Positions 1-14,608 of a stretch of 64,000 nt of DNA are shown here, one piece after another. The notes under the pieces are model-generated. The model worked only from the letters and a program-made list of their open reading frames with translations. It was not told the DNA's origin and made no database searches. This stretch comes from Podarcis gaigeae (lineage: Eukaryota): NCBI GenBank assembly GCA_964106915.2, contig OZ066914.1; one strand, 5' to 3'. Each line of letters opens with the position of its first letter. Position 1 is the stretch's first letter. Made by a program: the position numbers and the translations under genes.

Positions 1-1064
1 TAAACAGGCTGGGGACTGCTGAGAAGATCTCATTTATTCTTAGAAAGCTGGTTATCATTGAGAGGCATATATTCTGAGAGTGCCATGGATGCTTCAAATA
101 GGAATGTGTTCCCAAAATGGAATGGATCATGTATGAATAGGTAATAACACCTTGCCACCTGTTTCAAGACAAGCTTGTTCATCAGCTTGTCAGCTATGCA
201 GGTAGCAGAACTTACATCCTGCGTGCTAGCAGGGAGAACCAAAGTGAACACAACTGACTTGTTTTCTGCAAACCAATAATTATGATTTGTCATGACACGT
301 GAATGCAACCAGTGCCTCTTGAGGCTTAATGCCATCAGGAATGGTATAAGATGTCCATCCCTCCCCCCCCCCCCAGCCTGGTTTATATCAAGCTAAACTC
401 TTAGTCCTCTGACACCGATTAAATATTTTACTCGAAAGTGCAGTAGGAGCACCCTATCTTCTCAGCTGATCAGAGGTCATTGTGCTCAGCCAAACCCTTT
501 TTGGAGACAGGGACACATTTGGAAATCTACAGCTATCACAAGCATCGCAAAATGCCCATTTGACAGGTGATGTGCATAACTCCACCCCTAAATCAGGCAA
601 AACAGATAAAACATAATTTTTAAAAATTGACCAGGAGTCTTGTGTGGATGGAGGGGTGCCTGAGCACTGTGGTGCTCGTGCTTTTCTAGGAAAAACATGG
701 AGAAGCTGCCTAGGACCAATCAAGCAGCAGTTGTCTGTTCTCTTGAAATCCAAGGTCTTTCAGATAGCCCAAGGTTTTGCACTGGTGGGTGAAGCTAGAT
801 ACTGCTGAAAATATGTGTAATGTTTAAATAACGGCACCACAACATAGTGAGGACATGTCCTTTCTTGTTGCCTTATCTCTCTGATTTTGTTCTGACTGTC
901 CTCTAAGAGATCTTATTCTGGCCTTGCCTTTTCATCTACTTTTTTTTTTTTTTTTTTTTTGCTATGATAACTCTGTGGCATTCTGCTCCTCTGAGCAGAT
1001 TCATTAACAGTTAAGTCCTGCTCCTTTGGCATTGCTTTCTACAAGTTACTTCATTTTCCTTTAG

Positions 1065-3091
1065 GCAAAAGAGATGGCAATGATTCAGTGTTCGGAGGCC
1101 ACCATGAGCAAGGCGCCTCGGCAGCGTGGTCGTTGGTCGCAACCCACAGGCAGCCTAGAGATGACGGTTAAATCCATGCTTGACTTGCGGCAGCTGGAGT
1201 CTTTCTCCGTCTCCCGCTCTGCCAGCCGAGATTCTCTTTCCCAGGTCAGCAATGGGGATGACCAAGAAGAGCGTCCTGATCTCCCTCTGTGTGTCAATAA
1301 TGTAAGAGCTTCCCTTCTTAATGCAAGAGATGAGAAACTGCCACGTGGGAGGGATGGCGTTCTGCAACGAAGTCTCTGACCTTCTGACCAGGGAATACTA
1401 TAATACGATAATATTACATGGGTAGTAAAGCAGTGCATTGTGGGTTAGCGCATTGGATCCTGCTCTGGGCTTTCGATGGAGCAGCCATCAAGACCAATCA
1501 GCTGCCAGACCAATGTTTGCTGGGAATTGTAGGAATATAAAAACCGTGAATAAAAGATATTCTGCTTCTTTGTTCCTTAGAACAGAATCAGTAGCCTGAC
1601 TGGCAGGCAGGTGGATATGGCTAATGAGCTGGCTCTGAAGTGGCCATGTTAGTTCCAGTTTTTCTGCATGTTGCTTTACCAAAGCTAAACTAGCTTTGTT
1701 TCTGCATTGATATTCTAGGCTGGAGGCTCTGCAGCTCCTCAGGAAAAGCAGCCTTGCGTTCGACCCCAAGTTATCCGCCTTGTGTCCTGTGAAGGGGGGA
1801 TTTTCCCCCAGGAACTGGAACCTTCAGAGAGTGAGGAATGTGTCATCTACCCAGAACAAGATGAGATTCACCCTGCAGATGTTAGCAGGTAAAAAAATAA
1901 ATTCCTTTTTTGCGCCTTGCTTTTAGCTATTTAAGGTTGTATGACCGCCCCCCGCTCCCCAAAGGGGGAAAAATATATCATGATTTGATGATCTGGGTGA
2001 GGCACCATGCTGTCCACCACATTCCAAAGTTACTGATGGGTTTTATAAATGTCGGCCTGACTGTAGCATGCAGGCCGCAATGAGATGAGGCCTGTTAACA
2101 TAATCTTCGCTTGTGAGCAAGTCATACATATGAACTACCGCTGCCAGATTTCTCCTTGGATGACTGTCTTGTGAGTTTCTTGTCCTCTCCTGCTCTCCGT
2201 CCTCTTCTTTCACGCTTGCCTGGTTTTGAATTTAGTAAGAGAATGCCCAAGCTTGTTCTTGAAACAACTAAAACAGTGGTTGTTTGGAGATGCCACTAAC
2301 ATGACTTGGAGGAGTCATGCGGTATAATAAAAATATTGGAAGAAACCGGAGAGACTTCGGCCTGCTTCCAGCGATCTCTCCCATAATTATAACATTTAAC
2401 TCTCCCTTCCCTCTGTAGCTGTTTCATTTCCTCGGCTTCCAACGTACAGTGTTACGATTGTGGGCTGTGGATGTGCCTCCACAAGCTGTTACACTCTGAA
2501 GGGTGCTTTTTTATATATAAAAAAGCCTGACTATTAGTGCTCTTCCCACCTCACCTCACCCCCCACCCTGCCACTTCTGCTTTATGTTTCTAATGTTATA
2601 GTTCTAAGATTTAAACAGAGCAGATTGTGGACTCCTGGAGCTGTCAGGCAATGGGGGGAGGTCATTCTGGGCAGCGTTTGGAAGCCTGGTGGACACGGCA
2701 CTCACAGAACTTGCAAGCTGCGGTACAGTTAGTGTAAATAATATTCTCAGCATTAGTGACCTTCATGCTTGAGTTCAATCGCAGTGACTAGGAGGATTTA
2801 AACATAAAAGAACTCCCAAGTATTCCATAAACAGAAAGCCTTTTCTTTCAGCCACGGAGCTAAGAGAAGCTGCGTTAAGCTAAACACACACTGCTGGAGT
2901 TAGGACCGAGAGCTGTTGTTGTCATGGTGATGTGTGGAGTCTCTTAAAATGCCATATGCAAACTGGTTTTTCCTCTCATTGGCTCGGTTATCCGTAAGGA
3001 TTTTCACATATGGCGTAGACACAGATGGTAGCTTAGGCCTCAATTTTTCTGTGGATGTGGCTCTTGAGTGTCTTTTAGTTGATGAGGAAAA

Positions 3092-3135
<44 letters not shown>

Positions 3136-6100
3136 TGGAAATGGAAGGGGAAAGTCCAAATGTCACTGTCCAAGCTCTATGAAGTGCAAAATAATTGTGC
3201 ATAAATGGTGAAAAGGTTAGGCTTTACAAAACTTATTTTTCGCAATGGCGGGAAGTTAGTAGCACAGGTAAGGTCTTTAAGAGTGTAATAGTTTAAAAGT
3301 TGTCAATGCTGGTTCTCACACTTGAATCTTCCCTTCTCTCTCAGCGAGTTCCAGGTAAAAGCACTTCCCCATGGGAAACTAGGTAGAGGCTACCACAGCA
3401 ACGGGTGCCCAGATAAACACAGCCCTGACAGTGCCTGCTCCGTGGATTACAGCAGCAGCCGCCTCTCAAGCCCTAATGAAGGTGAGATATTTTTAACTAT
3501 TTGGACTTGTGCCCCACCCCCATTCTCAAAACTGTCAGCATCGCCCTTGAGCCAGTGCACCAACTGGACTCATGCACCTCAACCCCGACTGGGCTAGGCG
3601 AGCTGGGTAGCACTGCCAGTGACCACCTTTCTCACGGGAACAGGTCACAGTGCTGTGGACTCACAGCTTAGAGCTGAGAGCACCGGATTCACTGTCTCAA
3701 TAATACAGTTGTTGCGCAGCAGAGTTTTGCAGAGTCTTGCAGAGTATAAACCACTCGGAGAGCAGCTCTGTAGAATATCTTCCTTTTATTCTGTAACTAC
3801 AACTATGATACAAAACTATATACAGAGCTGAATATTCTAAGCATAAATCAATGCTACACTGAGGGTCTGCAGCTGCTCTTAGCAGCAACCTTATCTCTAG
3901 ACTCTCTCTCTCTCTCCGATACACTGACTGACTGACTCTCTAACTCACACACATTGATGTGGTGCTTAGGCAGAATAAGTAGATAGCAGGACACGCCTCC
4001 TCCTCTCTGGAGAGTCAGCAGAGATCATCAGGAGATCATCAGGAGATTCTTGGGTATGGGAGGGGTGAAATCTCAGCAAGATGCTGCCTACAGTTAGCAG
4101 GGACAAGAAGGGGTCAAAATGAAATATATAAAACAAGTACCACACCAGGCCAGCTTAATCTTGGCCATCAGATAGCATTCCAGATGAAAAGGTTTTGCAT
4201 GCTTCTGATACGTGTTTGAAATAATGGCAGACATTTGACTTTCTCTGATATTCTCATTGCACCTTTGTGGGTGACTGAATATCTTTCTTCTGTGGTACCT
4301 CCAGGTTAGCCCTACTGGGGGAACTGATATACAGAGGCTCTCCTGGACCAGAGCTACATCTTGCAGCTGGTGCATGGCCACTGCTGCAAACAACCATCTC
4401 CTAAGTTTCTTTCCCTGCCCCACCCCCAAAATATGTATATGCGAAATCCCAAACCAGGATTTGTCCCTTTCTCTCAGGAACCCCACCCACCCCCCAAAAA
4501 ACATTTAGAGCTAAACAACACCATTCACACAAAAAAACTCTCAACCACATTCCCAAATAGGCAAAGGGAGCTTTCCTTCCTCAATGCCAAATAGCAGGTG
4601 CAGTGGGCAGAGCCACAGAAAAAGGCACCAAATGGAAGCAGCTGCTGGAATGGAAGAATTGAGAGCATGCTTAGAGTGCACTCCTGACTTTTCCTTTCGA
4701 ATTTGGCATTGCAGCTTTACCTGTCCAACATCTGGTGTCATTTGATGGACGCAGGTGGGTGTGGTTTGGGCCAAACTGAATGAGGAGACCTGGTGGGCCA
4801 GTTTAGGTTTGAGATTCTTGTATGGATTGACAACTGGGGAGGGTTATGGGAGAGGAGACTGACTTGTTCAAGCATCTAACAACTTGTTGTAAGTACCCCA
4901 GAGAAGGGTGGCATGCAGAATTCAGGGTTAAATAAATGGTGGGGTGTTAAAAAATAATAATCCCACTCTCTGTATTAAACAAGAAATTCTCAGGAGTCAG
5001 GAAAGGGGAAAACCACCTGAAATTTCACCATTCCTGAAATCCCACCATTCCTACATAGGAATAAAATGCTCCAAGTTCAGGGCCAACCACAAACCTGAAC
5101 CCTTTCCCTGCAGTACTATAGAGCAGTAAAGGCATCAGGAGTAGGAAAGGGGTAAAAGAAAAGTTCTGTCCTCCCCCCTCCCCCCCGCCAGGTATGAACA
5201 CTCCCAACATTTTGTTGCAGATCCCCCTGTGCAATCTACATTGTTGTGAAAGTTATATTTGTGTCATGTTTTCCACTTTAGATTCTGAGAGTACAGAACC
5301 TCTCAGTGTGGATGGTACGTCCGATCTGGATGAACAGGTGGGAGAAGAGGATGAGGAGGATGTCAGCGCTGGTCTGTTGGAAGGAGATGTCCCCAGGACT
5401 CCAGATCAGGAGAAGTTCCTCAAGCAGCATTTTGAGACCCTGGCCAGTAACGGTGAAAAGGGTACATTTTCAAAACCAGTGGAAACTCTTGACCTTTTTG
5501 TGATGTTCCCAAATGTATTCCTACTAAATCAACTTTAGATTATCAGTGTCCCCACCTGTTGTGACTCTCCTGTGACAACTGCGGAAGCAAATGCCATTGG
5601 TAGAATAGAGAAAATAATGAGAAACCTGTAGCACCTCCTGCAACTTTGGTGGCACAATGAATGGAGCCTTGTCAAAATGGCAGCTTCCTCTTTTGTGCTG
5701 ACCTATGGGGAAAGTAATACAGTACTGGCTTGACTCATCTGTTTGTGCTGGGAATTGAGTAGAAATGCAGTGGCCCCTAGTGGTAGAGGTTGGCATGTTA
5801 AACGTTGTGATGAAGAGTAGAATTGTAAGAACAAGAGTATCTGGCACCTTAAAGACTAACCAGTTGATTGTGGCATAAGCTTTGATGGACTAGAATCCAT
5901 TGCAATTCATTCATTCATTCATAAAATATGTATATGCCACTATGTCAGAAAAACATGTATCAAAGCAGTCTACAGCAACAAAACTGTACAATGAAAACCT
6001 CCTAATTTGTATACATTTCCCCCTTTTTAATTCGTAGGTGGATCATGTAGGACCCTGGAGAGAACGGAAAACAGTATTTCTTCTCGCTTTCTGTCCCAGT

Positions 6101-9100
6101 CTCCTGCTCTCAGGTACAGTCACAGTTTTCCTTACTGCTGGGTAGTCCGGCCATGCTTTGGCTCAGACATGACAACCTCATCTCTTGAATGTTCTGCTCC
6201 TGGTGCACCTTAGCAAAAAAGGCTTGCTCTTAGGAAGAGCCAGGTCTTCTTTTTCTATAAAAAGACTGTGTCTGTTTTGGGAGGGTGATTTGGAAAGGCC
6301 CGGGTACCCCAATGTTCGATCATAGGGTTGCCTTTGCTTCTCTTTCTTCAGTCTTCCAATGAACTTCACAGCTGTGTCAATGAATCCATTTTAGCTGATA
6401 TAAGAACTAAATTTTGCTACGTGGTTTACTCTTCACCATTTATGCGCTATAAAATGATTTTGCATTTCATTCAGCTTGGACAGTGAAAAAATCTTATTCA
6501 GTCTTGCTTTACCAATGAGCTTTAATCTGGTTTTCTTCCATTAGCAAACTCCTTGCTTTGCTGACTAAGCTCCAGACACTGCATTAGTTTTTTTTAAAAA
6601 AATATTATTTCAGGAAGCCTGTTAAATCTGATGGGGAAATTGTGATCTTGTGTATTAGAAAAGGGCGTCTATGAATGTTAGGGTTTACTGAACACATGGT
6701 TCTGGTTTTTTGCTAAAGTAGCAAACAGAAGAGCCGTCTATCCTGATTGCGTACAACTGTATGCTGAGGCCTTTAGGTTAGTGCTAACATCCTGCTTTTC
6801 AGGTAGAAGGGGAGATGGAAAAGCAGGCACAGATATCCCACGAGTACAGGTCTCTTTCTCTAGAGAGTTTAAGTGGACTAAAGTGAGGGCCTGAATCCAG
6901 TAGCATGCTGAGCTGAGAAAACCTTAACCCTGATTATAACTATGGCTTATCTTCCCTTGCTGAAACCTCTCCGTTTCCCCCCTTTCACTTAACCCTCCTA
7001 TATAGTAGTCTTGTCTATGATTAGTCTATGTTCACCATACATCCAAGGGGAAAATGTGTTTGTATGAGGATTTTGGCAGTAAGAGCTTGTCTTGTTGCCA
7101 TGTAGAATCATAGAAATGTAGGGTTGGAAGGGGCCCCTAGGGTCATCTAGTCCAACCCCCTTAAATGCAGGAACCACAGCCCCAAATTAGCTACATAGCA
7201 CTGTTTTATTTTTATTTCAAATGGTGATGGTATTGTGACTTTATATATCCTGCCCTGTCTTTGTCTCTATAGGCAACTGTCACTTTCTTCATCAAATCTG
7301 GTATTGGATCGGAAGCCCACTGAGTTCCCTGACTTTCAGAAGCAAGTTTCTGCTGATCCGCTGAAAAATGGGCTTGACCACCAGAACATGGCCCTGGAGA
7401 ATGGCATCTTCCAAAATGATGTTAATTCATTTAGATCACTCTATATGCAGAGAAAGAGGAAACCTGCGCTAGAGATCAACAGGGGTCCTGGAAGACCACC
7501 TGGGCCTTTCCCCGATAGTGATGGGGCAGGGGTGATGAGGAAATCCCAGTCAGTTCATGACCTTGTTCATAATGGTAAGGAAGTGGCTGGCTATTGTGGA
7601 AATCGTTAAAAGCTAAAGGCCTCCAAAATAGAAACCTGCCCAGCATTGGAGATGAGAGCCAATTATCTACCGGCTTTGGAGGTGGGCTGGGGAGATAGTC
7701 CCTGTCAGCACCACAGGTCCCTCCTCTATGCCTTGCGGGTGGCCTGAGTTGGAGAAATGCAGAAATTGCTGTCACTGGTGATGGCAAGAGGAGGACTTAA
7801 CCTGCTTCCTCTGGAAAGCACAAATTGTTTAAAGGTGTTAGAGATACTAGGAGCAGTTCACCTGGAAATTCTTTTATGGGAACTCAAGCGAAAGTCATGG
7901 AATCACCATTTATTTTAGTGCAGCTTGTGCAGATAACACTCCTAGTGAAACTCTCCCACTTACAGCCTTAGTGTGGTTTTGCATGTATAATTGGGGCTAC
8001 TTTTACTTTGTGTGATGCTCTGCATCAATCAAAGGAGCATTCCACACCTACTTTTATTAATACTCCTATGATTCCCAAGCCATCATTCGTAGCCCTCTGA
8101 CTGCTTTTAGCTGTAAAGGAAACACATTTTTTTTGCAAATACAAGGTGGCGTTTGCAGTAATCCCCATCACACAGAACAAAGGTTAAAACAGTACATGCA
8201 GTGCTATCTCTGGTCACATATTGAGTCAGAAATTGAGACAACAGGGTGTCTGGAACACGGGGCAGTTGCTCAAAATGATTCCCTGAACATAGTTGTTTTG
8301 TCTAGTGCTTCATCCAGGAGCTGAAATGAAATAGTAATGACATTTAAAAGCTGGAGCTATTTTGATTGTCTCCAGACCAGTTTTGTGCACTTATTTCTTC
8401 CATTTCCACAGATAAGGTTCCAGGAGGGATGCCTTCTGCTAGGCAACGTCCTCAGACCCTAATGGTAGGTGAGAAAGATCCAAGGTCCAATAGCTGTCGG
8501 GTTCTGTCTGCAACTCTATTGAAGACAGATGGCTCCAGCTCTCTGCAAGCCAAAGACAGCAAAGCTGCAAAACCAAAGTCCTACATGAGCCCCACCACTA
8601 GCTTCATGGCCAAGATGTCCCGCAGCGTATCTGTGGGAGAGAATCTATGCCTTGGCGACTCTGCAGAACACCTGGCTGATGTGAAGGTCATCCCACAAGT
8701 ACCAGAGAAGACACAGTTGAATCCTTTAGGGGACACTGAGAAGAACAAGCCGCTTGTGAAGGAGAATGGCCTCGTGAAACCTCCTCTTCAGCAAGCTACA
8801 AGTTCTTCATCACCCAAATCCTTTCACAGCAAGCTAGCTTCTAACCGGGCTCATTTGATCCTTGACATCCCCAAATCTCTGCCTGACAGACCGACTTTGG
8901 CTTCTTTCTCACCGACTGCCAAATCAAAACCACCTCTGGAATCTCCCCAGTCACCTGCTGGCACTGGTATAAAGAAGCACTCGTTTCCTGAAGGGTGGGC
9001 CTCCAAGCTGGAAAACCAAGCAGCTGTGCCACTAAGCCTTGGTAAAAGTAGCCCAGCAGGTCCCTTTACAGAGACTCTAAAAGAGAACCGTACGTTGTTG

Positions 9101-12100
9101 AGGACCCAAGTCCAAGTCCAGCTTGAACCGGGGGCTACTAACCCCAAACTGAAAGAGTTTTCAGATGGTCTGCACCCAAAATCTCCAGAATACAGGCCAC
9201 TGAGATGCAAAGAGATAATTGGCAGCACTGGTTGTGTGCCGGAGAATCAGCTTGAACTTTGCTCACGTGAAGCAAGCAGGCCAAGGTCTCCCACAACTGT
9301 GGCAGCCCTGGCAGAGGACTCAGGTGTGCACGGATACCCATCTCTAATCTTCTTCCCCCTTCTGTCTCCTGTCTTTGTGAATCGCTTCACACTTCCATCA
9401 CATTTCTTTACGTCCAGCTTCTGGCCTGTCTCGTCCTGTCTGCACCTGTCTCGTTCCATAAGCCATCCTTTCAATGGTGAGACATTTCAATCTGGCATTC
9501 ATTTTCCCCCCTTTCTGTCCTCAGTTTCTGCTTCCAGTTTGTCTTGTGTTCTGTGTTAGCTCTAGCAAATGTTGTGGCTCAAGCGATGATCCACTTGGTA
9601 GGACTAGCACAAGAGTGAATATATAGTTTTAAAGTAAAGCTGTAGACTGGGTGAAAGAAAACCTTTGCCTGACTTTCAGTGGTAAGGTTACTTATCATTT
9701 GTTTCATAATCTTCCATTGATCATTGCCAACAGTGCTCACTTGTAAAAAGTGAAATCCTGGACTGACACTAATGACAGAAGGAACTCATTTATTATATAT
9801 AGAGAACATGGCTGGCAAACAAAGCTGACCAATGTGTAGTTGCTTTGCTACCATTAATATCCTATGTGGGTATATTAGTTGAGTTAAAAATGGCAAGTTT
9901 TATTCAAGGTACCCTTGCTTATTTTAAATGTGCAGCCATTGCTGCTGAGGTGTGGGGAAAACCATGTTTGGAGCTTGTGGAAGTAAATTCCCACTGTTCT
10001 CAGGTTTTCCAAGCTGCTCCAGAGTGACGTTTTGGAGTCCAGTTCTCTCTTGGAAAGATATGCCTGCAGCATGTTTGGTTAGTAAGCTAACAGCAACACA
10101 GGCCTTTTCTCAGTTGCATTTGATGGTTGTATGCCATACAATGCATGGTCATGTACCACAAGCCACTCTGAATGTTTTTTGACTTGGTTTATATTGAAGA
10201 TCGGGGACGCGGGTGGTGCTGTGGGTTAAACCACAGAGCCTAGGACTTGCCAATCAGAAGGTCAGCGGTTTGAATCCCCGTGACGGGGTGAGCTCCCGTT
10301 GCTTGGTCCCTGCTCCTGCCCACCTAGCAGTTCAAAAGCACGTCAGAGTGCAAGTAGATAAATAGGTACTGCTCCGGCGGGAAGGTAAATGGCGTTTCTG
10401 TACGCTGCTCTGGTTCGCCAGAAGCGGCTTTGTCATACTGGCCACATGACCCGGAAGCTGCAACCCGGCTCCCTCGGCCACTAAAGTGAGATGAGCGCCA
10501 CAACCCCAGAGTCGGCCACGACTGGACCTAATGGTCAGGGGTCCCTTTACCTTTACCTATATTGAAGATCACCTGAAATGGAATCACTTTAACAGGAAGA
10601 GGCAATTAACGTTTTCCTAAGGTGTAGCATGTTTCTTTACTGGCACACCCCTGCAAATGGGTGAGATGTGAAACATGAAAAGAGAGACGCTCACTAGAGT
10701 ATGTTAAAAGGAAGTTTGATTTTTGTTAATATTCTGCCATCTCAGAGCAATGAAGGCAGCTAACAACCAATAAATCTACAAGACATCATAAAAGGCATCA
10801 AGTAATTAATAAAACATCACAACATCCCTAAAGAAGATAAATGTAAGCTCAGTGTAAAAAACCCCAAACCCCTTCCCATAAAGTATCATCAACATAAAGC
10901 AGCATTTAATAAGTCCACCTGAGTGACTGTTTTTCCTGTGTCAGGCTGTGCAGTTAATGCTGTGCAATTCCATAAATTTTGTATTGTGGCTAATATAAAA
11001 AGTGCTGCAACCAGATGAATAAAACACAGGGCTCTGGGCAATAGGAGGGATGGATGGTAAACTGAGTTCTAATATTCTGTTCTGCTATTAACTTGCATGT
11101 AACTTTGGTACAAAGTTACCTAAACATCTGCTCTCAGTCTTTCCCCATCTGCTGGATGTGCACATACTTCTCACTGATAGCAGTACGTTGAGATCTATGG
11201 AGGAAAATGCTGTGGGATTTGAAGTATGGTTACATAAAACAGCCATATGAAATTCATGTCTGAAGGTTCATTCTCACTGCTTCAGAAGTTTTATAGCTCT
11301 CATTCATCTATTTAAACAATTTTACCAACCTGCCTGTGTGTGTTTGTGCACACATGTTGACATTCTTTGATTTCAACAGAATATAAATGCATAATAATCA
11401 ATGGGAGAAATCCGCAGACAATAAGAAGAGAACAATTCGTGTTCTGATTTAGCAAGAGTAATAGACAAGATAATGGAAGACAATGTATTCACACTGTAAA
11501 TTAACAAGAAGATGAAGACCATGTGGATCTGAGGCGTTAGCTGGCACCATTAACCTTTAGTGAACCAACCCCTCTCCTTGTGTGTTTCCCCCGCCCCCCA
11601 ATTCAGAAACCCACAGACCTTTTGTTTTAACTTGTTATTTACTAGGAGGATTTTTAAGTGGCTCTCATGTGAGTTATGATGCGGGAGGACAGAATAAAGG
11701 TTGAATCATGCCTGTGTATGTGTATCCCACTTGTATGTCTATCATCTTTGTCTCACTACATGCCTTCAGATGTCTGACCCTGCTTGGTTAATGAGTTGGC
11801 AACCAAGCAGACAAAGTTGCCCGCCTTTTAAATAAGGGCAGGATAGCAATGTATTGCTGAAATGTGCTTCCCTCAATCATCCCTCTACCCCATGTTGTTT
11901 CTCACCCTTAGAATGATTATAAAAGAAATATGCTTCTTTGTTGCCTGTTTGAATTATGTTTCCTAATGTATAGTTAAGTTCTTTGTTTAGGCAAGTATTT
12001 CTCAGACTTCTAATAACACTGGCACACTGGTTTCTTAATTAAATTTGGAGGTAGACTTTTACACTTGCACTTCAGTTTAATTTTGGAGAGTAAGTATTTC

Positions 12101-14608
12101 CGTCCTCAGAGGAATCTACTATGTGTTTTCTGCTTGTATCACGCTTGGGATCTGTTTCCTGATTGGAAAGAGGCAAGTCTGGAGTGATGGTTGGCAGCAG
12201 AAATGCAATGTGCAGCCTCTCATGATGGCAGGAAATCATCTGTATCTCTAAATATGGAATGGTTTGAATGATTTAATCACATATGAGTTGTGGCAGAAAT
12301 TCCTGTTAACATTGGAGGATTATTTGGAAGGAGGCTAGGTCAACAGCACAGTGAATGGTGGAGTGAGCAGCCTCCCTTTGGGATGGCTGCTTTGGCTTCA
12401 CCGGAACTTTAAAACTATGAAGCTAATTTCTCACAGCGCATGTTTTTAAAAGCCAGAGAAAATGTGCCACTGAAATGCTCATTATATCTCTGGGGGAAGA
12501 GATATTCAGGTGGAGCTATAGAGAATGCCCTCTTCCTGGTTGCCACTAGGTGCAGCAATGCAGGCCACAGCACCACTAAGACTTGCTCCCTTGAAAGGCT
12601 TAACAACTTCTCCTAGGAGAGAAGTTGCTCTCTATTCATGTAAGTGCATAGTGTATAATGAACAGTCTCAGGCAAGGATTTAAAGAATTATTGAGATGGG
12701 TGGGGGAGGCCAATGTATGAAATGGCTAGATTCTCTGCAGGGTTTCCCACCATCTCAGGACAGTGGGCATGGCTGGAATGGTACTTGTGTCCTACTTAGT
12801 GCCTTTGTATTCTGTCTCTCCGCCCGCCCCCCCCCCCAACAGGAGGCTCTTTGGTCAGCATTGAGCAATGCAAGCACGTTGTGTCTGAGCTCCAAGACAG
12901 TATGCGCAAGGCCATCCATCTATACCATATGGTAAGTCACACTTTCATTCCAGCTGGTCACTTGGATCTTAATACTTTTATGTGATTATCTATATTAGAC
13001 AAATTGGAAACATGGTTAAGACTGCAAGCAAAGGTCCTCTAAATTTTCGTTCCGGAGTAGATACCTGTGTACTTACAAGCCCTTGGGTTGTTGTGTGGAT
13101 CACCATTCTGTGGCAAGGAATGCTTCCAGATGGGAGTTTATTGTAGAATAGTGTTTCTCATGCACACGGGTGTTTTTTGCAGTGGTTACACAACGTTGTT
13201 GCCAAAATGCCAGGCCCCGCCCCCCAGCCCTTTATACATTTTAATCCATATTTTCATTTTTGTAGAAAATCTGATAAGTAAAAACAACCCATTGTACACC
13301 TGCAGAACCTTTGTCTTGCCAGGGTTTAAACTCAGCGCAAAACTTAAGTGAGATGCTGACCCAGCATGGCCATTCCCAGTTCAGACGTTAAAGAGAGACA
13401 GAGATTTCAATGGTTGGCTTTCAATAGCTGAGTCAGCAAAAGCGTGATGATGATGATTGAATCTTACTGTTTTAAACTGATTTTGATTGGGGTTGCCAGA
13501 CAAGAAGGTATTCTCATGCATGTATGAGAATCCCTATGAGGCACAAGACCTTTTGCACACTTCATACACAAATATATGATAATTCAGACTCACTTGGTGC
13601 ACAGCATTAATTCAACATGGTACGGCCTTCTCAGTAGTGGTTCCTCATTTGTGGAATGCCCTCTCGGGTGAGGTGTCTCTGCCTCCCTCATTTTTAACAT
13701 TCAGGGGGAATATAAAATCATTTACCCAGGTGCTTGATGCCTGGAAGGTTCCTGGCAGCCCTGAAATTATCTGCTGGGAGGGCATGTGATTGCAGTTAAA
13801 TATGTATTTAACATGTATTGTTTTATCACACCTTTTATCATTTTGGTGTTGGCTGCCCAGGTAGGAAGTGTAGGATATAAATCTAATGGAGAAACAAGCA
13901 GACAACATGTTTAGCAATTTTCAATGCTTGAGACTGATTGGGAGAATGTACTTGAAAGGCTGAAAGTTTTGTGTTGATATTTTTAGTTTCTTGCAGGAGA
14001 GTAGGTGGAATGGGAGGAAGAAAAGCAACAGGAGGGGCAATGGGTCAGGTGTGAGGAGTAGCTGATATGATTGTGGTCACTGCTGCTTGAAGTGAGAAGT
14101 CCATGCTTCTCCCAGGTACTTTCCCATACGAGAAAGAGGAGGGATTACAGAGATTGAAGTTAGAGACCCTCAGACTCTACACTGATGATCTCACAGCACT
14201 GGACTTTGTTGTTTTCATTGCTACCAACCAGAAGCATTCAACACAAAACAGGCTGTGTTTCTAAAATAAAGAAAAAATATTGCTCACTCCCCCCCCCCAC
14301 TTTTTTTGCAGGTGTCTGCTGACATGGAGTCTTCAGCTGATAGAAATGAGATTGCTGGCCTCTTGACTGATACCTTCTCTGTGATGAAAAAAGAACTAGA
14401 TTCCCTGAAGGATGGGAAAGAACTTCAAAGGGAGAAAGAAGTGTTGGCGAAGCCACACGACCCAGCTGTAATGCCAGTCAGTGAGGGAAGTGGTTCCACC
14501 TTATCCAGTCCTCGGCATTTTGGAGATGAGCAAACTCTTGCTTTGTTGGAACAATATTCAGAGCTGTTGCTGCAAGCTGTTGAACGACGAATGGATAAAA
14601 AACTGTAA
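1065..14608 (+). CDS. MAPKBP1: MAPK-binding protein 1 (JNK scaffold, WDR62 paralogue), last 9 coding exons; gene begins upstream of the window
   Basis: Exons with AG/GT boundaries and consistent phases: 1065-1301, 1719-1888, 3345-3481, 5282-5461, 6038-6113, 7273-7574, 8412-9323, 12843-12931, 14312-14608 (TAA). Recognisable MAPKBP1 peptides: [119 protein letters not shown]. Synteny with JMJD7/PLA2G4B agrees. Confidence 0.96.
3095..3132. repeat. (GA)n microsatellite
   Basis: Read directly. Confidence 0.95.
3711..4088 (-). mobile_element. Possible solo LTR or other ~380-bp insertion in a MAPKBP1 intron
   Basis: Flanked by direct repeat TACAGTT (3704-3710, 4089-4095); minus-strand AATAAA near 3785; internal short tandem repeats (CT)n, (ACTG)n, GAGATCATCAG x2. 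TG..CA ends are not cleanly framed. Confidence 0.35.
10203..10557 (+). mobile_element. Sauria SINE, full length
   Basis: GGGGACGCGGGTGG 5' head, (CCTTTA)n tail, 13-bp TSD TATATTGAAGATC (10190-10202, 10558-10570). Confidence 0.92.

Noticed and set aside
9324-9559. Hydrophobic C-terminal part of the 397-aa ORF as an alternative MAPKBP1 end
   Set aside because: MAPKBP1 similarity stops at the donor after 9323 and resumes at 12843; the rest looks like pyrimidine-rich intron. An intron-retained isoform cannot be excluded without RNA data.
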